A DNA stretch of 64,000 nucleotides from Halocafeteria seosinensis (lineage: Eukaryota). A program made the position numbers and the translations under genes. Within the stretch, counting starts at the first letter, position 1. Each line of letters opens with the position of its first letter. Below are positions 50,110 to 61,590 of the stretch, one piece after another. The notes below the pieces were generated by a model that was not told the origin of the DNA, did no database searches, and was given only the letters and a program-made list of their open reading frames with translations. The stretch lies in contig LVLI01000386.1 in NCBI GenBank assembly GCA_001687465.1, positions 1-64,000 on the forward strand, read 5' to 3'.

Positions 50110-51883
50110 AGGGAATTATCACGCGACAAGCTCCACTCTTCTGTCCACTGAATATAGTACCGGGCCAAAGCTCCAGTGTGAAGATTGCAATAGTAATCAG
50201 TTACCGCTATGTTCGGACATGAAGCTACCAGCTGCATCGCAAATTGCGGACTGCAGAAGTCTACATAGGAGAGGTCAACATATAGATACTTCTGTGAACT
50301 CGCCGACTGCAGCACACTGAAGAGCTTTTCCGTTAGCAAAGAGCACCCGCCAAACCGGACAATCGCCAAGGATGGAAGGGACAGTAGGAGCTGCTGGGCA
50401 CCCATATCATCGATCAAGTCGCACCTGTATCGGACAGCGCAAACCTGTTGAAAACACTTGTTCATACGTAGAGGACCCGTTCTTCGTACCAGGTTAAATC
50501 AATAACCTTCAAGACGGGACATCCTTCGGAAAGCGCGCTGATCACACGGTTTGTTAATCTTCCACTTCGACAAAGGTTCAATTCCTCAAGATAGGGAAAC
50601 CAAGCCGCTGATAGTACCCATCCAAAACCATGATTAATGTTGTAATAAGTTAAACCTGTAATGAATGGATCATTTTTCGTCCGTACCTAAGTCTCGGACG
50701 TCCTCATCCTCTAAAGGGTAGCATTGCAGTTGCAAACTCCTCAAGTTCAGTGAGTAAATTGGGGTGAGCGAGGGGTGGTCACCAGTGCTAGGTTCACACC
50801 AAGATAAATCCAAAGCCGTTACTTTCGTCCTTGTAAGTAAACCTATCAAGCGATTGCTAACAGTTGTTTCCGCGAGAACGAGTTTTGTAAGCGTAGGGCA
50901 AGCTGTCTCGGGTAAAAAGGAACGAGGTTACGCAGGAACACTGCTTTTGGCTAGACAATCTACTTACCTTCTATCAATAAGCTTAGCTCAAACGGGGAGA
51001 CAAAAGACAAACCAGTGAGATTCAGTTCTCGTAGGGGAAGGTGGGAGAACCGGCACCCACTGAGAGTCTCTAAATGTTTACAATTCTTGAGACCGAGGCA
51101 CTCCAACTTGCTGCAATTCAACGTCACCCTTCGAAGAATATGAATACCGATGGAAGTACCCGAAGCGTTAAGTTGCCGTAGTTCCAAACACTGGGGTAAA
51201 CAATCAAGGCCCGTTTCCGTAACTTGTTTGCACCATCCCATGTTCAAGTCTTGTAGTGTTGCACAGTTGTTCCTGAGCAGCAGGTCAACAGCTGCATTGT
51301 CTAGTCGATCACACCATTTCAGGTTGATAGCTTTGATTGACTTTAAGTGCTTGAACGCTTCCCGAAGTACTCGTCCCGGCACGTTAACATTACTGAAGTC
51401 CAATTCTTCCACGAACGGGCAAAGGCTCCCAAGCAGATGAAGAGGTATTCGAGAACTCCGCGCTCCAGTAACATACAACCGTTTGACATTCCTGGCCGAA
51501 GGGGACCGCAAAAGTAGAAGGAAAGCTTCATGAGTGAGTTGGTCTTGCCTCGCTAGGTAAGTAATCGCAGCTTCGATTACTTGAACAGGCAGAAACAAGT
51601 CTTCCAAGAAACACTGTACATGGATGAGTTGCTGTTTGAAATCAACATCCGTCTCGGGTTCCCACAATTCTTCGCCGTCTTCTTTCACATCACTACCACA
51701 TCCGCTATTGCTCGAATTTCTGGTCTTCGCCTCGTCTTTCGATGGGTCCTGTGATAGCAATTGTTCATAGTTCGCCGCGGCAGTCCAAGTGACGAGCTTC
51801 ATGAGGGATAACACTGTCAAACTAGGAATTTGCACTCTTGGTTGGCTCTGGAAGATCCAAGAAGGGTCTTCGTCTTCTTCCAT
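50106..51883 (-). CDS. Leucine-rich repeat protein (F-box/LRR, AMN1-like cysteine-containing LRRs), multi-exon
   Basis: Repeats such as IKAINLKWCDRLDN, LQDLNMGWCKQVTETGL, LECLGLKNCKHL, LEELNLCRSGRLTN and VRFGGCSLLTE. GT-AG introns near 50967, 50686 and 50468. No clear F-box recognised. Confidence 0.72.
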
Positions 51884-52805
51884 GGTTACTTAGCACTCCT
51901 GGTATCCTCTCTCATAAGAGGGAGAAGATCACAAATTCACGATGCATCGGTGCTTGTGCATGTAGCTTGTTACGATCAATGCAATGGTACGGTACTTCAA
52001 CAATACACATTGCACACGATATTGCCTTGACACTGACGCATTTATGGCTCCCTACCATGGTAAGGGTCTTTAGGGGTTCTCCTTACTGCGTATTCGCCTG
52101 AACGCCTGTACGTACCATCTCACTACATTCACAATGTGATAACATCCATATCCCAGGTTGGTGAAGGTCTAGAGCAGGTAAGGAGTGTCGATAAAGGAGC
52201 CTTTATACTACTATGCAGCGACTATTGATACATTCAGTCCCTAAACCATAAATATATATGTATATATGTAGGCAGTGGAGAACGACAACGTTGCATAATT
52301 CCAGTAAGGTTACCAAAGACGGTACAACACCATCAATAATACACACTACCACTATACCAAAGAAGCCTATAGAACTACATATCCACTTAGCCGGTAGGCC
52401 ATAAATAATACACACTACTATACGCTAGGGTGTCCTAGAACGGTTGTACGAAAAATGTACTACCACAAACTGCTCCTCATTTACAACGCTTCGTCTGAAT
52501 TTGTACCTTAGGAATGCACTGGGACTGATACACGTCAGGCACTATTCCTATGGAACACTTGCGGCAATGAGAAGACTCTTCTCTTGCTATTTGATCCTTT
52601 CCACAGGGCAGGCAGTCAGTTTGGTTTTGTTACCTAAGGAACGCTTCCAGGTCTACATCACAGTGTCCGAGCACCAATTTGTGAAGTCGGCCACGTATGT
52701 TGAGCGGCAACTTGAACCATTGTAAGCAATACTAAACTTTGGAACATACGTGCGAGTGTAGCAGATATTAGTCCAGTTCTCCGAATCTCAATGGTACATT
52801 TCAAA

Positions 52806-52829
52806 GGCTATCTGTCACATTTGTGTGTG
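52806..52829 (+). repeat. Dispersed 24-nt repeat, copy 2 (GGCTATCTGTCACATTTGTGTGTG)
   Basis: 23/24 identical to 1111-1134. Confidence 0.7.
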
Positions 52830-53213
52830 TGTAGCACTAATGTGCCCCCAGTCGGGACCCCGGTCACAAGCCAGTTGCAGCTTAGAGATAATAAACTATT
52901 CATTGCTGTAATACTTAGACGACAGTGTTGCCATTTCATTTCCGACGACGTTTATCGCTTATAGCCATCAGGACCTTTTTCGCTTCCTTGCGATGGCAAG
53001 TTGAAGTTGCGCATTGTCTTGGCACACGGGATGCTGCGTTGGAGGCTGTATAATGTGTCCTAAAGAGGATTCGACAGTTTTGGATAAACAGAAAGAACGC
53101 AAAGAAAGAGAAAGTACAGCTTTAGTCTTATATTTCGTACTGCTGTTAGTATAGAGGCGCAAGGCTGAGACTCTGGCCGGCACGCGACCACCTTGCACGT
53201 GCAGACATTAATA

Positions 53214-54106
53214 ATGGAAAAACAGAACGAGAACCCCACCGTATACAGTGCCCAAGTACGTACTTGGATGTGTGTTTATTCTAGTCAGATCTGGGAACGG
53301 GTGACGCATACCGTGTATTGACTGTAATAATGCGCAGGTGGAATCACGCTCGGACGCATTGGATGAAAATGACTGCAATAATGACTTCGAGGAAATTGAT
53401 GCGTTAGAAGTTTTCGGTATGTCTATTAAACCTTCTCTGTGGGAGTTTGTACATTTTGGCGGAATTGACTCGCTCTGTGTATCGAATAATGGTTTGGAGA
53501 AAGAGCATGAATTACGGTGCGCGTGCTTCGCTTGCAGAGACTCTAAGGAATATTAATGACCCAGAGCATCCCTTGAGCTTGGAGCAGCTTAACGTGGTCT
53601 CGGTAAGCTTGACTGTTGGAACAATGGATCATTAATTGCCATTGCATATCGGGATCGACTCTAATTGCAGATGGACAATATCCACATAGACCACAAGCGC
53701 AGAACCCTAGATGTCTTCTTTACTCCGACGATACCACATTGCAGTATGGCTACTTTGATTGGACTCTGTATTAGAGTGAAGTTGTTACGATCTCTTCCTC
53801 CTCGTTTCAAGGTATGGAAAGTGTCGCGCTTTTCTCCCATGGACCGGTGCTTTCATGCTGATAGGCGCTGGTTGGCCGCAGATTCGAGTCAAAGTAACTC
53901 CGGGGACGCATGCATCGGAGGATGCTGTGAACAAACAGTTAAACGACAAAGAAAGAGTTGCAGCTGCACTAGAAAATACACATTTGCTTGAGGTTGTCAA
54001 CAGGTGCATCCGAAAAACAGACAAACTCAACCTGGAGACTGCACAAGCTCCATCCACGACGAACGAAACGGAAGAGGATTTCGCTCCTATAGCTCTCGCA
54101 GCGTAA
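53214..54106 (+). CDS. CIAO2B: Cytosolic iron-sulfur assembly component CIA2/FAM96B (MIP18 family); exons 53214-53255, 53338-53416, 53538-53602, 53671-53811, 53882-54106
   Basis: Spliced product [11 protein letters not shown]...[28 protein letters not shown]...[63 protein letters not shown]; four canonical introns. Confidence 0.95.
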
Positions 54107-54247
54107 TGGCAAATCCATGACTCAAACGAAATAAATTAATTAACATTTGGATTGCTCTCAGAGTATATGTTCGTCCACATGTAGATGAAACGTGCAGGTC
54201 TGGATATTTTCTCACACTGACAAATTAGTTAACAGCAGTTGCCCACC

Positions 54248-55817
54248 TCAAACGTGATCCGGTATATTCATGTTTAACAGGGGAGACGGTAGATCGTGAT
54301 CGTCAAACAAGTCTGTCACTGGGAGTAACGAACGGTGTATCACTTCTTCAGACATATATGCAAAGTCATCGTTACCCTGAGGTCCCATCTCGTTATAAGC
54401 AGTGAAATCCGTTTGAAGAATGCCTCGGCGGTAAAGTTCGCGTGTCCGTCGAGCTTTATGAAGCATTCGACAGCAACGGTTTTCCAGATGTGGTTGATAC
54501 CACGGATTACCGATTTCATGGACATTCCTCTCGTCGCTAACTCCCTGCTCTTCCGAATGTTGCTGCTTCTCTAGCATTTTGTCCGTTAGATAGGCCAGTT
54601 TAGGGCACCGCTTATCTTGGTGAAGAACATCGTCATCGTCGTTGGACGGTTGCCGGTTGAAATGACAGAACATCAGACTGTCCCGAGCGATTTGATTGAA
54701 CAGTCGCGTTAAATCCGGATATTGCACCTGTGCCAAGTGAAGTCCCTGTGGAGGCGCTGTTTGAAATGAGAAACTAGATCTATCGCGCAATAGGACAGCC
54801 TCTGAAGCAGCGTTTGTTGAAAGGCGGCTTGTACCTACCGCGACGAGGAAGCCAGCCAAGTTTCGCACCATGTTGTATAGGAAGGATGGTCCTTGAACCA
54901 CTATGTCTACATATTGATAGCCTAAATGGTCTTTTTGCGAAGTTGAAAGAATATCCTCGGGATTATCTTGGCTCATGGGATCTGAAGTCGCTGGATGTAC
55001 TCGAATATCAATGTTTTCCAGCAGGCGGTGCGCGGATTTGGAGCTACAGCTGCAGGGAAAAAAAGAAAAGAAAAGAGTAGAAGAGTGAAGTGAACATCGT
55101 GGCTACCAGTATTGCTTACACATACCCAGACGCCTGAAACGTTTCGAAATCATGATACCCTTCCAAGTTTTTTGCAACCGTTCTCATTTTATCTATGTCA
55201 AGGCTGTCCGGAACTACCCATGCTCTATCTTCGTCAAAGACAGACCGGAATCCCTTATCAAGTTTATGCGTCCGATCAGGACATATAACCCTGCGAAATA
55301 GGAATTTTTCCAAGCGCATGACGTGAATAACAGCCTCACAAGAGAAACTATAACGTTGTACCTGTAGACGTAAGTCTTCCGTATGGCATCAAATCGCGCG
55401 CTCATTCCATATGGAGCTGGAACCGCTTTGACGAGAGCGACCTCTTGGCTATGTTGCTTGGAAATCGAGTTGAACGCTTGCTTGAATTCCGACCCCTCGA
55501 AAGGTGGAGCCAGCTCCCCTTTCCGTCGTTTGGTACGCAATACATCAATGTGAAAAGCCTGCATCCCCAACCAATTTTTGACATCCTTTTACAGATAGCT
55601 CCCCGTGCGCTTTGCATCCACCTACATTTTGAAGGGCATGCACCCCTGCATCTGTCCTGGAGGCTCCAGTAAGGGACTGATAATGTCCTCGACCCACTAG
55701 TTCATCCAATGTATCCCGGATGACGGACTCCACAGTCTTGACGTGGTTGCCTTGCTGGTATTGCCAGCCCGAGAGGGATGTCCCTCGGTATTGTACATAG
55801 CACAGATATCGCTGCAT
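54248..55817 (-). CDS. tRNA pseudouridine synthase, TruA family (PUSL1/TruA-like), multi-exon
   Basis: RYLCYVQYRGTSLSGWQ, catalytic SRTDAGVHA, ARFDAIRKTYVYR, LEGYHDFETFQASG, GPSFLYNMVRNLAGFLVAVG, TAPPQGLHLAQVQY. An additional upstream exon cannot be excluded. Confidence 0.9.
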
Positions 55818-56552
55818 TCTTGGCTTTGCTGTCTGCCCCACTTGTAGGAACGCCCTCTCCCTACGGCTGCTTGGTATTAACTAATTACTAGTGGCAGTAA
55901 AGAATGATGTACAAGACGTCATGAACATGTTCCCCCAAGCGGTCAATCCATGAATGTGGCTTTGCCATCAGAGCGACACCGGCTGAGATCACAGAACAAC
56001 AATACCTTATCCTCCGGGCATGTATCACGGGGAACCTCAGTCCATGATACGTATCCACCGCGGCACAAAAAGTGTGAGAACAACCACGCCACCGTGCACC
56101 GTGCGACCGGCGGGCAGCGGCCAGGAAGTCGCCCGTCACCGCAAAGTTGTGAACACCGAGACACCAATGAGAAGCGCAAAGCATTGTTCAGCACTTTATG
56201 CTTGGTTTTGATGATGCACACACTTTGGAGTTCGGCGAATCGTGCTTGTATGCATGCAACGTGTTATTGTTTGATGACGAAGAAACAATGGTCAACGTTG
56301 CAACCGAATTTCCCCCATGCTATAGCAGAATGGGTGCAAGATACAAAGTATGAGTATGGGCAGTATGTCTTCTCATAGGAAATATCAGCGGTAGTTAACG
56401 ACTACTCTAGAAGGATCCTATCGCATGCTCGATACTAACTGAAAATGACACATAATGTTAAAGGTTTTCAATGAAATGGACATTTGGCTACGCGCTTAGT
56501 TTACTTTCTCGAATGAATGTTGTAAGCAGTCTTGAGTGAGCTGATACGGTTG

Positions 56553-57374
56553 CTACTTCTCTCTAGGCCGCTTTCTGTTACAGAGATCTTTAATTCTGTT
56601 CGCCACTTCCTCGTCTTGATCGGGACGCCATCCTAAGTTGATCTCGGTCAAACTGGAATTCTCCTCCAGTGCGTCTACGAAATACTGAGCGCCTTTGTCA
56701 CTTATTTGATTGGCATCCAAACTAATGGCTGTCAAGCTCGTGTTTCGTCGAAGTGCAGCTGCCAAGTGCCGAGCACCTTCATCACTTATCTCATTGCGAA
56801 ACAAGGTAATGGTTTTCAGGCTACTGTTTGGTCGAAGACTATCTGCCAAATACTCAGCGCCTTGGTCACTAATCTGATTTGATCCCAGATTCAACTCAGT
56901 GAGAGTCGTGTTCTCTCGTAGGGCATCGGCGAAGTACCGAGCTCCTTCAATACCGATTTGGTTGGACCCTAAATCAAGTTTCTTCAATGTCGTATTCACT
57001 TGTAATGCATCAGCCAAGTACTTGGCACCCTCGGCGCCAATCTGGTTGGATCCGAGCTCCACCCACGTCAGCGTGGAATTTACTCTGAGCGCATCGGCCA
57101 AGTGGTGGGCACCTTGATCACGTATCTGGTTGGCAACTAAGTGAAGCCAATTGACAGTCGTATTTGCTTGTAGGGCTTCCGCCAGATACTGAGTGCCCTT
57201 ATCACCGATTAAATTGGAACCTAAGAAAACCTCCTTCACCGTTGTATTCACCCGCAATGCATCGGCTATGCGTTGGACATCCTCATCACGCACCTCACTG
57301 GCAAAAAGATTAGCTCGTTTGCACCGGCGCGTATTATCGCGAATTCGCTTTATAGTATTTTCTCTGCGTCTCAT
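56553..57374 (-). CDS. Small intronless RNI-type (NLRC3-like) LRR protein with about 8 tandem 28-aa repeats
   Basis: 273-aa ORF built from LADALxxNTTLxxLxLGSNQIxDxGAxY units (84-nt period). Confidence 0.85.
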   Translation of the reverse strand: MRRRENTIKRIRDNTRRCKRANLFASEVRDEDVQRIADALRVNTTVKEVFLGSNLIGDKGTQYLAEALQANTTVNWLHLVANQIRDQGAHHLADALRVNSTLTWVELGSNQIGAEGAKYLADALQVNTTLKKLDLGSNQIGIEGARYFADALRENTTLTELNLGSNQISDQGAEYLADSLRPNSSLKTITLFRNEISDEGARHLAAALRRNTSLTAISLDANQISDKGAQYFVDALEENSSLTEINLGWRPDQDEEVANRIKDLCNRKRPREK

Positions 57375-58338
57375 AAGGTGTTATCTTCATCTACTTGCCG
57401 TTGTACAATTGTACAATTGTACTACTAAACTTCCAGGAGAATCTTCGTTTCAAGGCTTAGGCATACGGGGACAAGTCCCGGACGAAGTTGTTCCAATGAG
57501 CCCTTTCGGGTTCAACGTTCAGTTCAGCTCTGTGTACAACTCTGTCTCACCAATCCCCTCAATAGAATAGAATGCAGGATGCGCTGCATCATATACTACT
57601 TCTGCCCTGGGACACGGTCTTCCAACTTCACAGCCGCAGGCCGCGATTCGGAATCGTGGGCGTATCCATCCACGCGTTCGGGAGTTTCCAACTTTGAAAC
57701 AGGATGATCAGTCACGCGCTAACTGCCAACTCGCGTTGCCAAAGAACGTGTAGTAGTGGGGAACTTCTGCTACAAGTACATGCTATTCAAACTAGTAGAT
57801 CCGCGCATTTCTGTTCGGGTAATCATAGAATTTACCGCTGTTTATTTCAATATTACATCCCATACAAGTTTTAATGCGCGCTAAAATTTGCCTTCCACTA
57901 CATATTATCTTCTTACTTCCCCCGACAAATTGCCCAATGGTTAGGTCTGCATTTTTTCTCTCCCTCAGAAGCAGCCCCACGTACTACAATGCGACCCGTT
58001 TGTAATCTGAACGACTTTGTCGGGGACTTTATTCGCGTGTACTACCCTTCCTTCTAGAGCGTACTCAGATGCATGAAAACAGATACACAACATTGTTCGT
58101 TCCTGTCTTGATCCACGATACCTCTCATGTCTAGGCTCAATTCCCGATGCTCCGTAGCAGATAGAGGTTCCATTTCTTTGAGCTTCTTAGCTAGAAGGCC
58201 GATGGCTGCAGGATTTTCCGAAGAAGTGGCGAACATTGCCCCAAAACTGTAAAGAGGAGAGCTATATTAACTGACGAACATGCTGGGAGATTAGTCACGT
58301 CTCTTTATCCCGACAAATATTCTAGTCTGAACACCGAC

Positions 58339-59409
58339 TTAAGGCTGCTTCGGTAAACGACAGCGACAGAACACTCCTATAAACTCCCTCTTCGCGTACT
58401 CCTCATAATTAAAGGACCGAAGATCTTGCAGTTTATGAAACGTCCGGGATGCCACATGCGATTCCAATTGCTTCATCTCGCCATTTGGAGTTTTCCGTTT
58501 GATCCATTGATCTGCTACGGATCCACTGATTGTACTATACGGAGTATTGCTCGTTACCAAATGCCGTATAATCGACATCGAATCCACAAAAAATGAAGTG
58601 CTGAACTTGCAGTATTTCAAAGCTGATTCGCACTGCAGGTCTTGGCTCACTACGTGCATATGTAATGGGGCTAGCGACGGATTGAGGTGGAAACCTGTGC
58701 GAAATAACTCAGAGGGCATAAACGATACCTCTGTTCCTCGAGATTTACGCGGACTTCCTGTTATGATCTCACATCCCTCATGCCTCGATTTTACAATTCC
58801 GTGAGCAACCTTGTGCATATGGAAAAGTACAGGCCAAAACGCAACAGGCGTAGAGCGTATTGAAAGGGGGAGTTCAGAACCGTTGCTAGCGATAAATTCT
58901 GAACCTATTTCGGGTGTATCATGCCGCAAGTGTCCAGTGGACGTATCCACCTCAGTGAGGAGTTTCGACGCACTATCTTCGTCTATCTCAGCGTCTCTAC
59001 GGAGCCTTGGAATAATCAAGTAGTGATACGTTCCTTTTGGGTACTTATCTTTGATGACAAAACATGCTTTATCCACGTAGACAAAGTTGTCGCCCTTATC
59101 TTGTTGGAGTTGTTGGAAGTATGGGTTCAGTATGTCAATTTTCCTGCGCGCCTGTTCTTCGAACCAATCAAGTGGTTTCGGGATATCTTTCCGTTGCGAA
59201 CTTTTTGATTCGGACTTGGGTTTTTTCACCTGCTGTTTCGAGGCGTTCTGCATTAGCTCCTGAAACGCGTTCCCGCTTCCACTTCCTGTTTCAGCAGAAG
59301 TTGAAGTTGGCTTCGCTTTGAATTCCTCGGCTTCCTTTTCTCCCTCATGCTCTTCCGACCTGCCTCGCTTTACCGGCATAGAAGTGCCAGCGGCTGGGGA
59401 AGATGCCAT
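58339..59409 (-). CDS. Aprataxin/Hnt3-like HIT-domain protein
   Basis: VIKDKYPKGTYHYLIIPR and FRTGFHLNPSLAPLHMHVVSQD match the aprataxin-type HIT signature. Start placed at MASSP (59409). The 3' end may splice to an exon near 58250-58054. Confidence 0.75.
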   Translation of the reverse strand: MASSPAAGTSMPVKRGRSEEHEGEKEAEEFKAKPTSTSAETGSGSGNAFQELMQNASKQQVKKPKSESKSSQRKDIPKPLDWFEEQARRKIDILNPYFQQLQQDKGDNFVYVDKACFVIKDKYPKGTYHYLIIPRLRRDAEIDEDSASKLLTEVDTSTGHLRHDTPEIGSEFIASNGSELPLSIRSTPVAFWPVLFHMHKVAHGIVKSRHEGCEIITGSPRKSRGTEVSFMPSELFRTGFHLNPSLAPLHMHVVSQDLQCESALKYCKFSTSFFVDSMSIIRHLVTSNTPYSTISGSVADQWIKRKTPNGEMKQLESHVASRTFHKLQDLRSFNYEEYAKREFIGVFCRCRLPKQP

Positions 59410-59812
59410 GATGTGGCTTCGTAGCCTACCACAGAAGATCGGGCAGGATTCGTGGTTGGACTGACCTGTGAAGGCAATCTTGAGCAACTTACGTAGGTAT
59501 TCTATACAACAGAGGTCACTTATCAGAGGGGCATATACTCTTTTAATGCAGTTCTCACATCCTCCAATCACCCTCCCACAACACATAACCGCATCAAGGA
59601 ATGGATAGATCTCTATTAAAGTGAACGAAAAGATTGCTTTGTTTGTGGTTCAGTGGAGACGTTTACGGGTGTTTCAAACGACGTCTTGCCACTTTCCAGA
59701 GGCGATTTAGGGTTCTTATACCTCTTTTCTGGCCATTTTTTTTTTGTCTCCCCACTAGTGTATGGACAAGCGCTAGTGTGCATTCGAATTTCGTGGTAAT
59801 TGGAACGAGAAA

Positions 59813-61583
59813 ATGTCTACAAATCCTCCACCGCCTCCGAATGAACAGTATGCCAAGTCAAGGGCTAATGCCACCGGATTCTCCCCCTCTTCATCTTCTC
59901 TCGCCACGGGTGGCTCCAAGGAGAGAGAATACTTTGCCCCGTCGAATGCTCAGACTCCCATGAGATCGACAAGCAGTCCTCAACAGCACCACCGAGCTCG
60001 AAAAGACCAATCTCCAGTGTCTTCTTCGTCCGAATTCGAGGACTATGAGGAAGAGGATGACGAGCAGGAAGGAGAAGAATCATCCTCTAATGCAGGTGCT
60101 ATGAATGCGAACTGGCAAATGTTCAACGGGATGAAGGAAGCGGTCATGCAGACCTTGAAAAGCAAAGGAGTCCTGGGGAAAATCAGGGTATGTGTTTTTT
60201 GAATAATCGATGGTGTCGTGGAGGATGACTTGTTTGTCTGTCTCTATGAATGACAGGCCGAGTTGCAAGCAGCGGTAGTTACTGCCATAGATGAAGATGA
60301 AAGGCAACAGGGTATTCATGGTGAAAATCCTCGATTAAAGCTACTGGAATCCGATACAACAGGACCAATACTCGTTGAACTCGTCCGCGACTTCTTAGAG
60401 AACCTCGGACTAGATAATACAAAATCTTGCTTTGAGTCAGAAATATCCAATGTAAGTGTTCGTTGTGAAGTGCTTCCTGTTATGCTCGAATTCCTACTCG
60501 ACGGTGTGGACTCCTTTATGCTTACAGTCCTCGGCGCTTCAAAAGGCACCAAACCGACAGGAACTGCAAGAGAACCTTGATCTTAGTGTTGATACAGAGC
60601 AGCCCGTGTTATATGGAGTATTGGCGCACTATTGGGATGCGAAAACACAGCACCAGCATCATGCAAAGACCAGTCCTAAAGGAAAGACGAGCACCAGCCC
60701 GAGAAAAACAGAATCATCGCATACACATAACCAAGATGGACACGGACACTATCAGCAAGGAAGAACGAAAGACAAGGACCACGGAGGCTATAGCAGAACA
60801 GCCCAGCTCGGTATCACATCCCATGACATTCACTCAAACCTTGATGAGAAGGAGAAAACGGCTAAGAAGGCGTCTCCTGAGCAACAGGCAGCGGACCCTG
60901 CTGCCATTGACAAAAAGCTGGAACAACTACTAAGTCAGCATTCCGAATCGTCCCAAAAACGCTCTGATGCTTCGTCGAAGGGTATGAGCTCAAGCAGCAG
61001 TGGAACTGGTGGGGGTAATACCTCGACGCATAAGGCAAATCCGCCGCCAGCGCCGTCCTCATCTCACACTGCGCCGACTTTACCTAATCCGTCTCCTCAT
61101 AGAACGCGCCTGGAGCCATTGACCACCGCAAGCTCACCGCAAGCGCAAACAGGCTCTTCGCCTACACAGCATCAGGCACAAGTGCTAAGCAGCGGTTACA
61201 TGGATAGTAGCAGTAGTTTTGAAGATAATTCCCCGCCACATCACTCGAAACGAGGACAGGGTTCTCATCAACAAGATCGGCACGCAACTCCGGAAACTAC
61301 TGCTAAGAATGAGGAGGGCGCTACCTACAATGATCATGACAGCAACTCAGAAGCGGAGGAGGATCTTGCTTTATCCGTAACAGACTCGCGTTCGCTCGAA
61401 AAGAGCGATACCCAAAGCCGAGACCGCGAAAATTCCCCTGTCGTCGATGAAAATACGGACGAGAATGATCGAAGCACAGAGCGACTAGAAGATTCTTTGA
61501 TTGAGGGTGCTGAAGTCCTTGATAGCTCGGCTGTCGACTTTTCTAATTTTGATCTGGTTGAGGAGGTCGAACATGAACAATAA
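59813..61583 (+). CDS. CEP43/FGFR1OP (FOP)-family LisH centrosomal/basal-body protein; introns about 60188-60256 and 60452-60526
   Basis: MKEAVMQTLKSKGVLGKIR|AELQAAVVTAIDE...GPILVELVRDFLENLGLDNTKSCFESE matches the FOP dimerisation/LisH region, followed by a long low-complexity S/H/Q-rich tail and an acidic end (FDLVEEV). Confidence 0.78.
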
Positions 61584-61590
61584 ACTTCGC

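Noticed and set aside
55888..56378. Overlapping 63-142 aa ORFs between the TruA and LRR genes
   Set aside because: No domain signal; mutually overlapping on both strands.
56600..57290. 84-nt periodic DNA repeats considered as an array or CRISPR-like locus
   Set aside because: Fully explained by in-frame 28-aa LRR units.
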